In this document: positions 55,316-64,000 of the stretch, piece by piece
How the letters are laid out: the number at the start of each line of letters is the position of its first letter
Numbering within the stretch: position 1 is the stretch's first letter
DNA from: an uncultured Victivallales bacterium
Lineage (GTDB): Bacteria > Verrucomicrobiota > Kiritimatiellia > UBA8416 > CAYSRM01
Direction: 5' to 3'
Assembly (NCBI GenBank): GCA_964475205.1
Contig: CAYYVQ010000003.1
Coordinates: forward strand, 13,915 to 77,914
DNA length: 64,000 nucleotides
The notes under the pieces: model-generated
Seen by the model: the letters and a program-made list of their open reading frames with translations, nothing else
What the model was told of the DNA's origin: nothing
Database searches by the model: none
Position numbers and translations under genes: made by a program

Positions 55316-56992
55316 ATGCCGAAAAAACAGAAAGCTAAAGAGACTGCCGAGAGCATGGGGCGGAAACAGAAAGATATCTCTGTTTCCGAATTTTTTCTTA
55401 AGAACAGACATCTGCTTGGCTTTGACAATTCCAGGAAAGCGCTTCTTACAACCGTGAAGGAAGCTGTTGACAATGCCCTGGATGCGTGTGAGGAAGCTGA
55501 GATTCTTCCGGAGTTAAGCGTTGAGATCAGGCAGACTGCGGAAAAGCGCTTCAAGGTTGCCATAACCGACAACGGTCCGGGAATTGTTCGCAGTCAAATT
55601 CCAAAAATATTTGCAAAGCTTCTTTATGGCTCAAAATTTCATCGCCTCAAGATGTCGCGCGGGCAGCAGGGAATAGGAATCAGCGCCGCAGGAATGTACG
55701 GTCAGCTTACAACTGGAAATGCCACCAGGATTCTGTCCAAGACTCGAGGCAAGGCGAAGTCGCACCTGATTGAGGTTCAGATTGACACTCGAAAGAACAA
55801 GCCGACGATTCTAAAGGACGAAGAGACTGACTGGCGTCCCGGGTTTTTCCCGCATACGGATGATGGAGCGCCCCTGAAGAAGATTGAGTCGGCGCATGGC
55901 ACTTGTGTTGAGATTAATCTTGAGGCGGCCTATGTCAGGGGCAAGCTGTCTGTTGATGAGTATTTGAAACAGTGCGCGGTAGTGAATCCTCATTTGCAGC
56001 TTCACTATCGAGTCATTCTGCTGGCAAAAGACGAGTCAAAGCAGGAGGAACAGGATAATCTGCCATGGACAACTTTCGAAAGAGCAATAAAGGATGTGCC
56101 TGAAGAACCCGGGGAGATAAAACCCCATCCGCACGGAGTTGAACTGGGGCTGCTTATGCAGATGCTGAAGGATACTTCCGCTCGAACTCTTCGGGCAGCT
56201 TTGACTGAAGATTTTTCCAGGGTGAGCAGTAAGAATGCTTTGCGAATATGCGCGGCTGCAGGATTGAATCCCCGGGCGAGGCCGTCCAGGATAGCTCACA
56301 AGGAGAGTGAGGCGCTTTACAACGCTTTGAGCGAGGTCAAGCTGATGAGGCCTCCGACCGATTGTCTTTCGCCGATTGGCGAAGAGCAGATAGTCGTTGG
56401 TCTGAAAAAAGAGATAAAGGCTGATTTCTATACGGCGGTAACCCGGTCTCCGACTGTGTACAGGGGCAACCCTTTCCAGGTGGAAGCCGGGCTTACTTAC
56501 GCGCGGCCGGGTGAAAATGATGATCTTGGCGCCGATGAGCCGGTCCGGTTGTTGCGATTTGCCAATCGGGTGCCCTTGCTATACATGGCGGGGGCTTGCG
56601 CTGTCAGCAAGGCCGCCAGTTCGGTGAACTGGAAGAACTATGGACTGCCTCAGCCTCGCGGTTCTCTGCCTGTGGGGCCGATGGTTGTTATGGTGCATAT
56701 AGCAAGTGTGTGGGTGCCTTTTACCAGCGAGAGCAAGGAAGCTATCGCGCATTATCCTGAGATAATCAAGGAAGTCACTTCATGCCTACAGGAATGCGGC
56801 AGAAGACTTTCGGTTTATCTCAACAGAAGGCGCAGGCAGGCTGAGGTTGAGCGCAAGAAGAATTACATGGCTCTGTATATCCCGCATCTGGCCACTGGAC
56901 TCAAGGAGATTCTTGAACTTAACGAGAAGCAGGAAGGGCAGATTGTTGACAGACTGAATAAGATGCTGGAGAAGACGCATCTGGAGACTTGA
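55316..56992 (+). CDS. top6B: DNA topoisomerase VI subunit B
   Basis: SVSEFF.KN, KEAVDNALDA, DNGPG, GSKF, SRGQQGIG, KPHP, RFANRVPL, VPFTSESKE. Confidence 0.95.
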   Translation: MPKKQKAKETAESMGRKQKDISVSEFFLKNRHLLGFDNSRKALLTTVKEAVDNALDACEEAEILPELSVEIRQTAEKRFKVAITDNGPGIVRSQIPKIFAKLLYGSKFHRLKMSRGQQGIGISAAGMYGQLTTGNATRILSKTRGKAKSHLIEVQIDTRKNKPTILKDEETDWRPGFFPHTDDGAPLKKIESAHGTCVEINLEAAYVRGKLSVDEYLKQCAVVNPHLQLHYRVILLAKDESKQEEQDNLPWTTFERAIKDVPEEPGEIKPHPHGVELGLLMQMLKDTSARTLRAALTEDFSRVSSKNALRICAAAGLNPRARPSRIAHKESEALYNALSEVKLMRPPTDCLSPIGEEQIVVGLKKEIKADFYTAVTRSPTVYRGNPFQVEAGLTYARPGENDDLGADEPVRLLRFANRVPLLYMAGACAVSKAASSVNWKNYGLPQPRGSLPVGPMVVMVHIASVWVPFTSESKEAIAHYPEIIKEVTSCLQECGRRLSVYLNRRRRQAEVERKKNYMALYIPHLATGLKEILELNEKQEGQIVDRLNKMLEKTHLET

Positions 56993-57004
56993 GGGGACGA
57001 TATT

Positions 57005-57097
57005 TAGTGAGTTTGCGGGTGGGTGTGAGTTTGTGGGGAGGAAGAACGATTAGGGGGATGTTTGTTGTCGGTAGTCCGTAGTCTGTTGCCGAGGGTG
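57005..57097. repeat. Composite repeat cassette between top6B and top6A
   Basis: gtgagttt/gcgggt-type units, gtttgtggggaggaagaacgatta, 7-mers tttgttg-tcggtag-tccgtag-tctgttg. Confidence 0.65.
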
Positions 57098-57147
57098 GAC
57101 AGGAAGGGCGGGAAAGAAGAGAAAAGGTAGAGAAAGTCGGGGATTAA

Positions 57148-58371
57148 ATGGCGGGTTCAAAGCAGAAAAAGACGAAAGCTGACAAAGGCGCACGTAAAAA
57201 GACTACGAAGAAGAAGGCCACGAGAAAGGCGGGAAAGAAGACGGTGCCTGCTAAGAAAGAGGCCGGCGCCGGCCTTGCCACCAGGAAACAGGCCGGGGCA
57301 AAGATAATAAGTCTCGGAAGCAGGATATATGACGACATAGTGAAGCGGAAGAAACCCAGGATGAGTTTTCCTGTCCGGTCACTGTCGAACGTCAAGTATG
57401 ATCTCAAGCGCGGACATTTTGAGATCAAGGGGCGGAAATCAACCCGGACTCTTACTTACAATACTGTCAAGACATTCGCTCAATCGATGAGGCTGATGGC
57501 TACAACCAAGAGGGATCTGCTGGACAGGGATGATATAGCCGGGAAGCGCGAGATCTATTACAACAGCAAGGGGTGGGGCGATTGCCGGTTTGAGCAGCAG
57601 CATGAGAGCGACAGTCTGCTCGACGACATAGAGGCGCTGCTGGAAGTAAACAGGGAACAGCTTGGTTACATACCTGAAGAGCGCGGCGGCGATGTTGCCG
57701 GGCCGCTTGTAGTGATAGACCGCAATCCTGCGACAGGTGAAGAAGTCAGGATTGACTGTTCACGCCTTGGAACCGGCGCGTGGAGCATTCCCTCAAGGGT
57801 GGAGCGCCTCAAGTTTGAAACCAGGGCCAGGCTTGTTATTGTGATAGAAACCGCTTCGCTTTTTCAGCGATTGGTGCATCACAGGTTTTATGAGGACGCC
57901 AATTGCCTTCTTATTTCGATGAGCGGCGTTCCAACCAGGGCTTGCAGAAGGTTTGTGCGTCGTCTTGCGGACGATCAGAAAATGGAAGTCATAGCCTTCA
58001 CTGACGGCGATCCTTATGGGTACTGCAATATTTACAGGACATTGAAGGTTGGTTCCGGCCAGGCGGCCCACATAAACCGTTTTTTCTGTGTGCCCCAGGT
58101 TAAATTTCTTGGTGTTACGCCCTGGGATATAGTTGACTATAACCTTGAAGACGCGACCCATCCGCTTGAAGATGTCGATATAAAGCGGGCAAAGGACGCT
58201 TTGAAGAACGATCCGTTTATCGCCCATCACAAGCCTTGGCAGAATGCGTTGAACCAGATGCTTAAAATGGGAGTGCGCATTGAACAGCAGGCTTTCGCAA
58301 AACACGGGCTTAATTTTGTCCTTGAGACCTATCTGCCGGAGAAGCTTAAGAAAAAAGATTTTCTGCCATAG
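57148..58371 (+). CDS. top6A: DNA topoisomerase VI subunit A (Spo11-like) with Lys/Ala-rich N-terminal tail
   Basis: KREIYY (catalytic Tyr), F..Q.ESD, VIET, TDGDPYG, LKVGS, EQQA. Confidence 0.94.
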   Translation: MAGSKQKKTKADKGARKKTTKKKATRKAGKKTVPAKKEAGAGLATRKQAGAKIISLGSRIYDDIVKRKKPRMSFPVRSLSNVKYDLKRGHFEIKGRKSTRTLTYNTVKTFAQSMRLMATTKRDLLDRDDIAGKREIYYNSKGWGDCRFEQQHESDSLLDDIEALLEVNREQLGYIPEERGGDVAGPLVVIDRNPATGEEVRIDCSRLGTGAWSIPSRVERLKFETRARLVIVIETASLFQRLVHHRFYEDANCLLISMSGVPTRACRRFVRRLADDQKMEVIAFTDGDPYGYCNIYRTLKVGSGQAAHINRFFCVPQVKFLGVTPWDIVDYNLEDATHPLEDVDIKRAKDALKNDPFIAHHKPWQNALNQMLKMGVRIEQQAFAKHGLNFVLETYLPEKLKKKDFLP

Positions 58372-58381
58372 CCCGGCCTGT

Positions 58382-59587
58382 TTATGCGCCGAATTTTTCC
58401 AGCCGCAGGGCGTTCGCCAGGGCCAGCGGCAGAAGGTTTTCAGCCGGGAAATTCGGACCGAGCCCTCCTGTTATGCAAGACCTTTCCCCAAAGGACGAGA
58501 CATTGTCCGGGCGGCACACCGCAGAGTGCAGCAGGGCCGGCACCGGTTGCCAGCCGTGGCTCTTAAGTACGCTTGGTGTAGAGTGGTCTCCAGTGACTAC
58601 AACTACATCTGGATTAAGATCCAGTAGTGCCGGGATCTGTTTGTCGACTTGTTCCACAACGCTTACTTTACGGTCAAAGTCCCCGTCTTCGCCGGAGCTG
58701 TCGGTTGGTTTGACATGCAGGAAGAAGAAATCGTAATCGTTCCAGCAGTTCTTAAGTGTTTCAAATTCGTCTTCGATTTCCCCGCCGGTGTCCACCACCT
58801 CCATGCCTACGAGTTTAGCTACTCCCCTGTACATGGGATAGGCCGCTATGGCGCCGGCTTTAAGGCCAAAAGCTGTGTCAAATGTGGGCCAGTCGGGTCT
58901 TTCGGCGAACCCGCGCATAAGGGCCATATTGGCGGGATGTTTGTCTTTCAATACTTTCCCGGCCTGTTCCAGGAACTGGTTGACGAGTTCGGCTGTGTGT
59001 TCGGCTTGTTTTGTTTTAGCTATTGCTTTAAGGGGTGGTTTCCCGGTTTCCTGGGGATCAGTATCCTCGATGCTGCCGCACAGATTCTTTCCTCGGAACA
59101 CCAGGAGGAACCTGTGTTCCTTGACTGTTTCAACAAATATTTCTACGCCCGGGATTCTTATGTTTCTGAGGAGTGAGACCAGCGCCCTGTTTGTATCGTT
59201 ACTGATCCGTCCCGCCCGCCGGTCCGTAACTTTGCCGTTTTCGTCGATTGTGCAGAAATTCCCGCGCGCGGCAACATCGCCATGACGGAGGTCAAAGCCT
59301 ATGCCAAGAGCTGCAAGGACGCCTCGTCCTACCTGGTATTTGACCGGGTTGTAACCGAACAAGGCAAGATGTCCAGGTCCGCTGCCCGGAGTAATTCCGG
59401 CCCCGACTGGTTCGTGGAGTCCACAGATTGATCTGGATGCAAGTTCGTCGAGATTCGGAGTGGCGGCAGATTCCAGCTCGGTGGGCCCGCCAAGTTCTTT
59501 CGGAGCCCCTCCAATTCCATCCATGACAAGTAAAACTATTTTGCTCTGGTTCTTTCTTTTAAGTTTCTGAATTATTTCAAGATCCAT
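58382..59587 (-). CDS. apgM: 2,3-BPG-independent phosphoglycerate mutase, ApgM type
   Basis: VMDGIG, TPGSGPGH, DRRAGRI, DTDP, HVK.TD..GED, TGDHSTP; probable start MDLEII at 59587. Confidence 0.92.
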   Translation of the reverse strand: MDLEIIQKLKRKNQSKIVLLVMDGIGGAPKELGGPTELESAATPNLDELASRSICGLHEPVGAGITPGSGPGHLALFGYNPVKYQVGRGVLAALGIGFDLRHGDVAARGNFCTIDENGKVTDRRAGRISNDTNRALVSLLRNIRIPGVEIFVETVKEHRFLLVFRGKNLCGSIEDTDPQETGKPPLKAIAKTKQAEHTAELVNQFLEQAGKVLKDKHPANMALMRGFAERPDWPTFDTAFGLKAGAIAAYPMYRGVAKLVGMEVVDTGGEIEDEFETLKNCWNDYDFFFLHVKPTDSSGEDGDFDRKVSVVEQVDKQIPALLDLNPDVVVVTGDHSTPSVLKSHGWQPVPALLHSAVCRPDNVSSFGERSCITGGLGPNFPAENLLPLALANALRLEKFGA

Positions 59588-59817
59588 AATTTGTCTCCCG
59601 GAGTCTGGTTTTATAATATGATCTGCAAGATTTACAGGTCGCGTTTTGGGTGTCAAGCTGGAAGTGGGTTTGTTTTGTGAATTGAAGGCAGTCGCCGCTA
59701 TCATGCTTGCTGAGACAAGGGCGGTATTCTGATGAGGCTAAAATGGCTGTTATGGAGGCGGGCATTAAGAATTGGTCGAAGTTTTTTTAATGTTTTTTTA
59801 ATTCCTGGTTTTTTTAT

Positions 59818-60015
59818 CAGCAATTCTCATTATGGCCTCTTTCCGCCAAAACCTATTTGTATAACGATGTGCGTAGTAGCGCGGGCTTCACCGAAGCCCA
59901 GCGCTGTTGGGGCCTCGGCTTCGGTGAAGCCGGGCCTACTCGCGCGTGGCTGCAATATCGTGCCGGAACTCTGGCCACGCCAAACGTGGCAAAATGGCCA
60001 TAATGAGAATTGCTG
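59818..60015. mobile_element. MITE family E (198 bp) containing a GTAG-type REP doublet
   Basis: Perfect 20-bp TIR cagcaattctcattatggcc / ggccataatgagaattgctg; internal gtag-cgcgggcttcaccgaagccc ... ggcttcggtgaagccgggc-ctac (59876-59939). Confidence 0.85.
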
Positions 60016-60172
60016 TTTTTTTTCTTGACCTTCATATATGCGGGTTGCATACTGCTCAATTCTTGGATTCATTGTGATTCACGGTGCAGATTGCTTCTCA
60101 AGCCTTAGACGAATCAATCCTGATTATCGGTATTGTCGAATCACCTTAGAACAGACAATAGAATAAATTGAG

Positions 60173-63100
60173 ATGAATCAATCGAAATTAATAATGTTTC
60201 TATGGCTGGCGTTTTTTTCCGGCGCTGGCCTTTGCCTTGCTCAGGAAGCAGACAAATCGCAGGCTTCGGCCGTTGAGCAGCGGTACAAAGACTATGAGCC
60301 CGACTTTCTGGATAAGCGGCTGTACGAAGGCCGGCGGGGTCCGGATTCCGAAGTTATGAAGATTTCCACAGAGGAATCTTTTTTAACGTTGAACCTGTTG
60401 CCGGAGTCGGATCGCGCATATGCGCTGATTAAGGCTGCCAGGGAGCGCGAAGCCCAGGGCCAGTACGCCGAGGCATTGGAAATATATCAGCAGGTCATCG
60501 ACAGGTATCCGGGCGAGCTTTATCGCGTGAGCCAGTATGGTGTCTTTGTGCCGGTCACGCAGTATTCGCAGCTACGGATGCTTGGGTTTCCGAAAAATAG
60601 CCTGGAGCAGTATCGAACTAAATATGATGCGCGCGCCCGTGATACGTTTGAATTGGCCCGGCGGAATAATTCACTTGAGGGGCTGGCGCATGTGCGTGAC
60701 TTGATGCTGGCAACCTCATACGGGGCGCGGGCGATACTGGCGCTTGGCGATTCTGCGCTGGATCAAGGCCACTGGCTGGAGGCGCTTGAGTATTATCGCA
60801 TGGTGCGGGAGCATTTTCCTGATTCAGATGCGCGTACGCCTGAATTGCGGCTTAAGATAGCTTATTGTGTGCGGATGCTTGGTGATAAGCCAGACAACAA
60901 GGTCGCGGTCGATAGCGAAAGCAAGAGTCAACTGAAACCGGAGATATTGAAGGCATTCGAGGAGGAACTGGCTGCAGCTAAACCCTCGGTTTCCAAACAT
61001 TTCTCTCAGCAAAGCTGTCCTCCTAATCTGACGGCCAATGACTATCATCTGATGCCTCCCACTGACGATCCGATGGGCTTGAAAGCGCCGGAATGGCGGG
61101 CGTCGCTGCCTTATACAAGGCGTGATTTCTACGTCTATTCCAACCCGGTGATTACACGTGACAGCGTGATCTATCGGCACAAAAATATTGTATACAGCCG
61201 TTCACTTCTCAACGGAGAGCTGCGTTGGCGCAACGATATGGGCGGACGGGTCAGGTGGCAGAATCCCCCTGAGCGTAAATACACGCACGAGGACGTGCTG
61301 GTACAGGACGGGCTGGTATTCACTTCGATACATCAATCGGGTCCAACCCTGGTGGCGCTCGATGAGATTTCCGGTCAAATGCGCTGGGCCTACGGGCCTA
61401 TGGCGGCGACATCGCAGGATGAGGCCAACATGCGGTTTGAGGCTGCGCCTGCGGGCGGGCCTATGACCGTGTTTGCCGGTTACATACAGGACAATATCGA
61501 GGGGGATACGCATACTGACACCGAATACGGGGTGATAGCCTTCGATAGCGTTACCGGACGTATTCGATGGAAAAAACGTTTAAGTCGATTGCGCCCCGGA
61601 CTGTTTGAGTCAGGCTCAATACGTCGGCGTAACCGGATTCTGAGCTTTGCTTCACCTCCTCTATACAACGAGGGAACACTCTATTACACTACAAATGCGG
61701 GCGCTATTGCCGCACTCGATGCCTTGTCAGGTCGCATTAAATGGATCATGCGCTATCCGTACTATGCGTATAACCGGGATCATGCGGTTCACGACGCAAC
61801 CCGGAAGTTCGGAGAGGGCGGCGGGTCGATCAAGGGCGCGTATATTTACCCGCACCGCCCGATGTTCTGGTATGGTCAGCGCCCGTTGCTGGTTGATGAA
61901 GACCTGTACGTGCTGCCTGTAGATTCAAAGTTCATGTTCAAGCTTGACCGCCGCACCGGCAAAGTCCGGTGGACATCCCCAAAGAGATCGGGCGCCACTC
62001 ATTTCCTCGGGCCGCTGCCTTCCGGCGAGCTGGTCATGGCCAGCAGCGGGCGTTCGGGACGAACTGGCGAGAAGGGTCCGATGGTTCTGCTCGATCCTGA
62101 GACCGGCAAGGTAAAAGAACATCTTGAAGACCCGGTTGCGCGTGAATCAAAAAATACGCTTAACATTCGCTATGACCGCACCCCAACGCGTTATCCGGTG
62201 TATATTCGATGCCTGAACCATAGAAGCATGAATTATCAGATTCAGTGTCGCCCGTTTCTGAGTAAAACCGGACAGCTCATTGTGGGAGGTGTAGCTCACT
62301 GGGGCTATCCGTATTGGGATCACGCCGTCAACATGGCGGCATATAATTTATTCAAGGAGGATCGTCCGTTAACCGACAGGCGCCACTATTATGGCCCTGC
62401 TTTGCTGGCAGCGACCGAAAAAACCATCAATGAAAGCGTCAAATGGTTGAAACAAATGCAGGAACAGCCCGAGAACAGGAGGGGAGAAAATGAGAAAAAG
62501 GAAATCGAGCTGTTGAAGGAGATTATCAAGGAAGAGCCTGCCGAGAACGAACATCCGCAATTTCTTCCCTTTGCGCGAATGACCTTCAAGCGTTTCGGCA
62601 CACAGTTTGAATTGAGGTTCGGCCCCCGTAAGGTTGAAATGGTGTATGATGAAGATGTAGTAAAGCAGAATCTTTCGGGAAGGCGCGACGCAAGCGGTCT
62701 GTTTGCATTGGCAGAGGTGGCCATAGGAGAAGGCCGCATATCAGAGGCGGCCAAGCTGATGCAGGAGTGCCTGGCAGCATTGCCGTCCGAAGATGAAGAC
62801 TTTCGTACCTTGGTTAAGCAGCAACTTTACCGGGCGCACAGGATTCTGGCGCGCAGCAGCATTCGTGCGGCCGATTCAGGTCGGGAAACAGAGCATTGCC
62901 TGGGTATGACCCGAACGGTTACCAGTATGGACGGCGAGTTGGAGACGCGTTTTGCGATCTCTGACGCCTATAAGAGGAAAGGCGACTTGCGCAATGCCGC
63001 GCTCCAATTGCAGTCAGTCGTTTCGACATATGGCCATTACGGCTATCCTGTCTCTTCGATTAGTGGAGCGGATCGCGCCAGGCTTTCCAAGGCATCTGCA

Positions 63101-64000
63101 TCCATTCTGGATCGGACTAAAGCATACGTAAGCGATATTCCGCATTCACCTGCGCTGAAAAATGCGGCGGACCTGGTAAAAGGAGGTATGCCGCTGTATT
63201 ACGGTGCGCTTTCACCGCTGGAGAAGGATCTGACAGTGAGGGCAGGAGGATGGGCTGCTCGACAGTTAAATCGTCTTCGAATGGATTCCGATTCGTTTGC
63301 GGCTGATTTCGAAACCATGGCTGAGGAGGCACTGGAGGAGGTGAATGGAGAGGAAAAGATTCTCCGCATGCAGGAATATCCCGGAACGGAAGCTGCCCAA
63401 AAAGCGTTAAATTCGATGCTGGATGAAACAGATAGCAGTATGAATGAGTCCGGTTCGAGTTTGAGCAAAATAGCAGCAACCCGGAAGCGACTCTGGAGAC
63501 TGGCGGATATAGCTCGAATTGCCGGATTGACTTTGCCCGAAAACTATGCCGCGCGGCTGCTGGCGCCCCCGGCGACCGTACCGGCGGAAATTGCTTTTCC
63601 GGTTAAGGAAAAAGAGGCCGATTTTGAAGAGGAGCGCACACCTGCATGGCTGTTGCTGGAGCGCAAAGGTCAAAGGAAAATTGAGCCTGATCTGCTGTTT
63701 CTCGGCGGACGCGTTCGAACGCGATTCGACAACAAGTTCCTGCTCTATTCAGTGGAGTCTGGAACGGGCGAGACACGCTGGAAGGCAACTGAAAAGCGCG
63801 GCGAGACCTGGTTCGACGAGATTCGGCTTGAAAGAAAGGGCAATGAACCCGGATTTTTTGAGGCGTATGTCTACGATGACATAGTTGTTGTGCACGGCCA
63901 GTTTGATGTGCTGGCTTTCAACCTGTCGGACGGGAAGCTGAAATGGCGCTATCGAGTGCCTTTTAATTTTGAAATCAGGCACTCACTGATGAGCGGGGAT
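60173..64000 (+). CDS. Large exported TPR / PQQ-like beta-propeller protein (>1270 aa, runs off the window; not in ORF track)
   Basis: MNQSKLIMFLWLAFFSGAGLCLA signal peptide; TPR-like helices; propeller motifs ALDEISGQMRW, AFDSVTGRIRW, ALDALSGRIKW, LDRRTGKVRW, AFNLSDGKLKW. The frame at the window end matches the start frame. Confidence 0.88.
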   Translation, partial: MNQSKLIMFLWLAFFSGAGLCLAQEADKSQASAVEQRYKDYEPDFLDKRLYEGRRGPDSEVMKISTEESFLTLNLLPESDRAYALIKAAREREAQGQYAEALEIYQQVIDRYPGELYRVSQYGVFVPVTQYSQLRMLGFPKNSLEQYRTKYDARARDTFELARRNNSLEGLAHVRDLMLATSYGARAILALGDSALDQGHWLEALEYYRMVREHFPDSDARTPELRLKIAYCVRMLGDKPDNKVAVDSESKSQLKPEILKAFEEELAAAKPSVSKHFSQQSCPPNLTANDYHLMPPTDDPMGLKAPEWRASLPYTRRDFYVYSNPVITRDSVIYRHKNIVYSRSLLNGELRWRNDMGGRVRWQNPPERKYTHEDVLVQDGLVFTSIHQSGPTLVALDEISGQMRWAYGPMAATSQDEANMRFEAAPAGGPMTVFAGYIQDNIEGDTHTDTEYGVIAFDSVTGRIRWKKRLSRLRPGLFESGSIRRRNRILSFASPPLYNEGTLYYTTNAGAIAALDALSGRIKWIMRYPYYAYNRDHAVHDATRKFGEGGGSIKGAYIYPHRPMFWYGQRPLLVDEDLYVLPVDSKFMFKLDRRTGKVRWTSPKRSGATHFLGPLPSGELVMASSGRSGRTGEKGPMVLLDPETGKVKEHLEDPVARESKNTLNIRYDRTPTRYPVYIRCLNHRSMNYQIQCRPFLSKTGQLIVGGVAHWGYPYWDHAVNMAAYNLFKEDRPLTDRRHYYGPALLAATEKTINESVKWLKQMQEQPENRRGENEKKEIELLKEIIKEEPAENEHPQFLPFARMTFKRFGTQFELRFGPRKVEMVYDEDVVKQNLSGRRDASGLFALAEVAIGEGRISEAAKLMQECLAALPSEDEDFRTLVKQQLYRAHRILARSSIRAADSGRETEHCLGMTRTVTSMDGELETRFAISDAYKRKGDLRNAALQLQSVVSTYGHYGYPVSSISGADRARLSKASASILDRTKAYVSDIPHSPALKNAADLVKGGMPLYYGALSPLEKDLTVRAGGWAARQLNRLRMDSDSFAADFETMAEEALEEVNGEEKILRMQEYPGTEAAQKALNSMLDETDSSMNESGSSLSKIAATRKRLWRLADIARIAGLTLPENYAARLLAPPATVPAEIAFPVKEKEADFEEERTPAWLLLERKGQRKIEPDLLFLGGRVRTRFDNKFLLYSVESGTGETRWKATEKRGETWFDEIRLERKGNEPGFFEAYVYDDIVVVHGQFDVLAFNLSDGKLKWRYRVPFNFEIRHSLMSGD

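Noticed and set aside
55095-60015. top6B-top6A-apgM as a composite transposon
   Set aside because: The flanking MITEs belong to different families, and the left one has its own complete target duplication.
59732-60072. Short ORFs on both strands
   Set aside because: They overlap MITE-E and the REP doublet and show no protein motifs.
60824-63982. Many short ORFs listed in the track
   Set aside because: They are explained by the single long plus-strand frame starting at 60173, which the track omits because it has no stop in the window.

Overview
Bacterial chromosome segment, probably from a PVC-superphylum organism such as Kiritimatiellota or Lentisphaerae. That assignment is inferred from gene content: sulfatases, a heparinase II/III-like lyase, GHL10 and a giant PQQ-propeller/TPR protein. 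The window holds housekeeping genes (lpxI-oxidoreductase-lpxB, argF, pyrB, mlaEFD, guaB, gdhA, cysK, tsaE, thiL, hisG, purN, tRNA-Val, apgM), a C30-carotenoid tailoring pair (crtP plus an aldehyde dehydrogenase) and a roughly 24 kb glycan/sulfate catabolic region. That region includes an orphan SdhA/NadB-like flavoprotein, an OYE::GltD-like fusion and a divergent GH94-like phosphorylase. There is also an archaeal-type topoisomerase VI pair. Four real genes are missing from the ORF track: two run off the window edges, one is a 29-aa bS22/mS38-like ribosomal protein and one is a 57-aa ferredoxin. The most unusual signal is intergenic. At least five MITE-like families are present, including a nested stack whose empty-site copy with a perfect 12-bp target duplication lies 30 kb away. 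Many 7-, 8-, 9- and 12-nt short tandem arrays, often inverted, also occur, and one pair brackets a truncated four-helix-bundle gene, suggesting the arrays are ends or scars of a mobile gene cassette. No transposase, integrase, CRISPR array or rRNA was seen. All calls come from motif recognition by eye; no searches were run.
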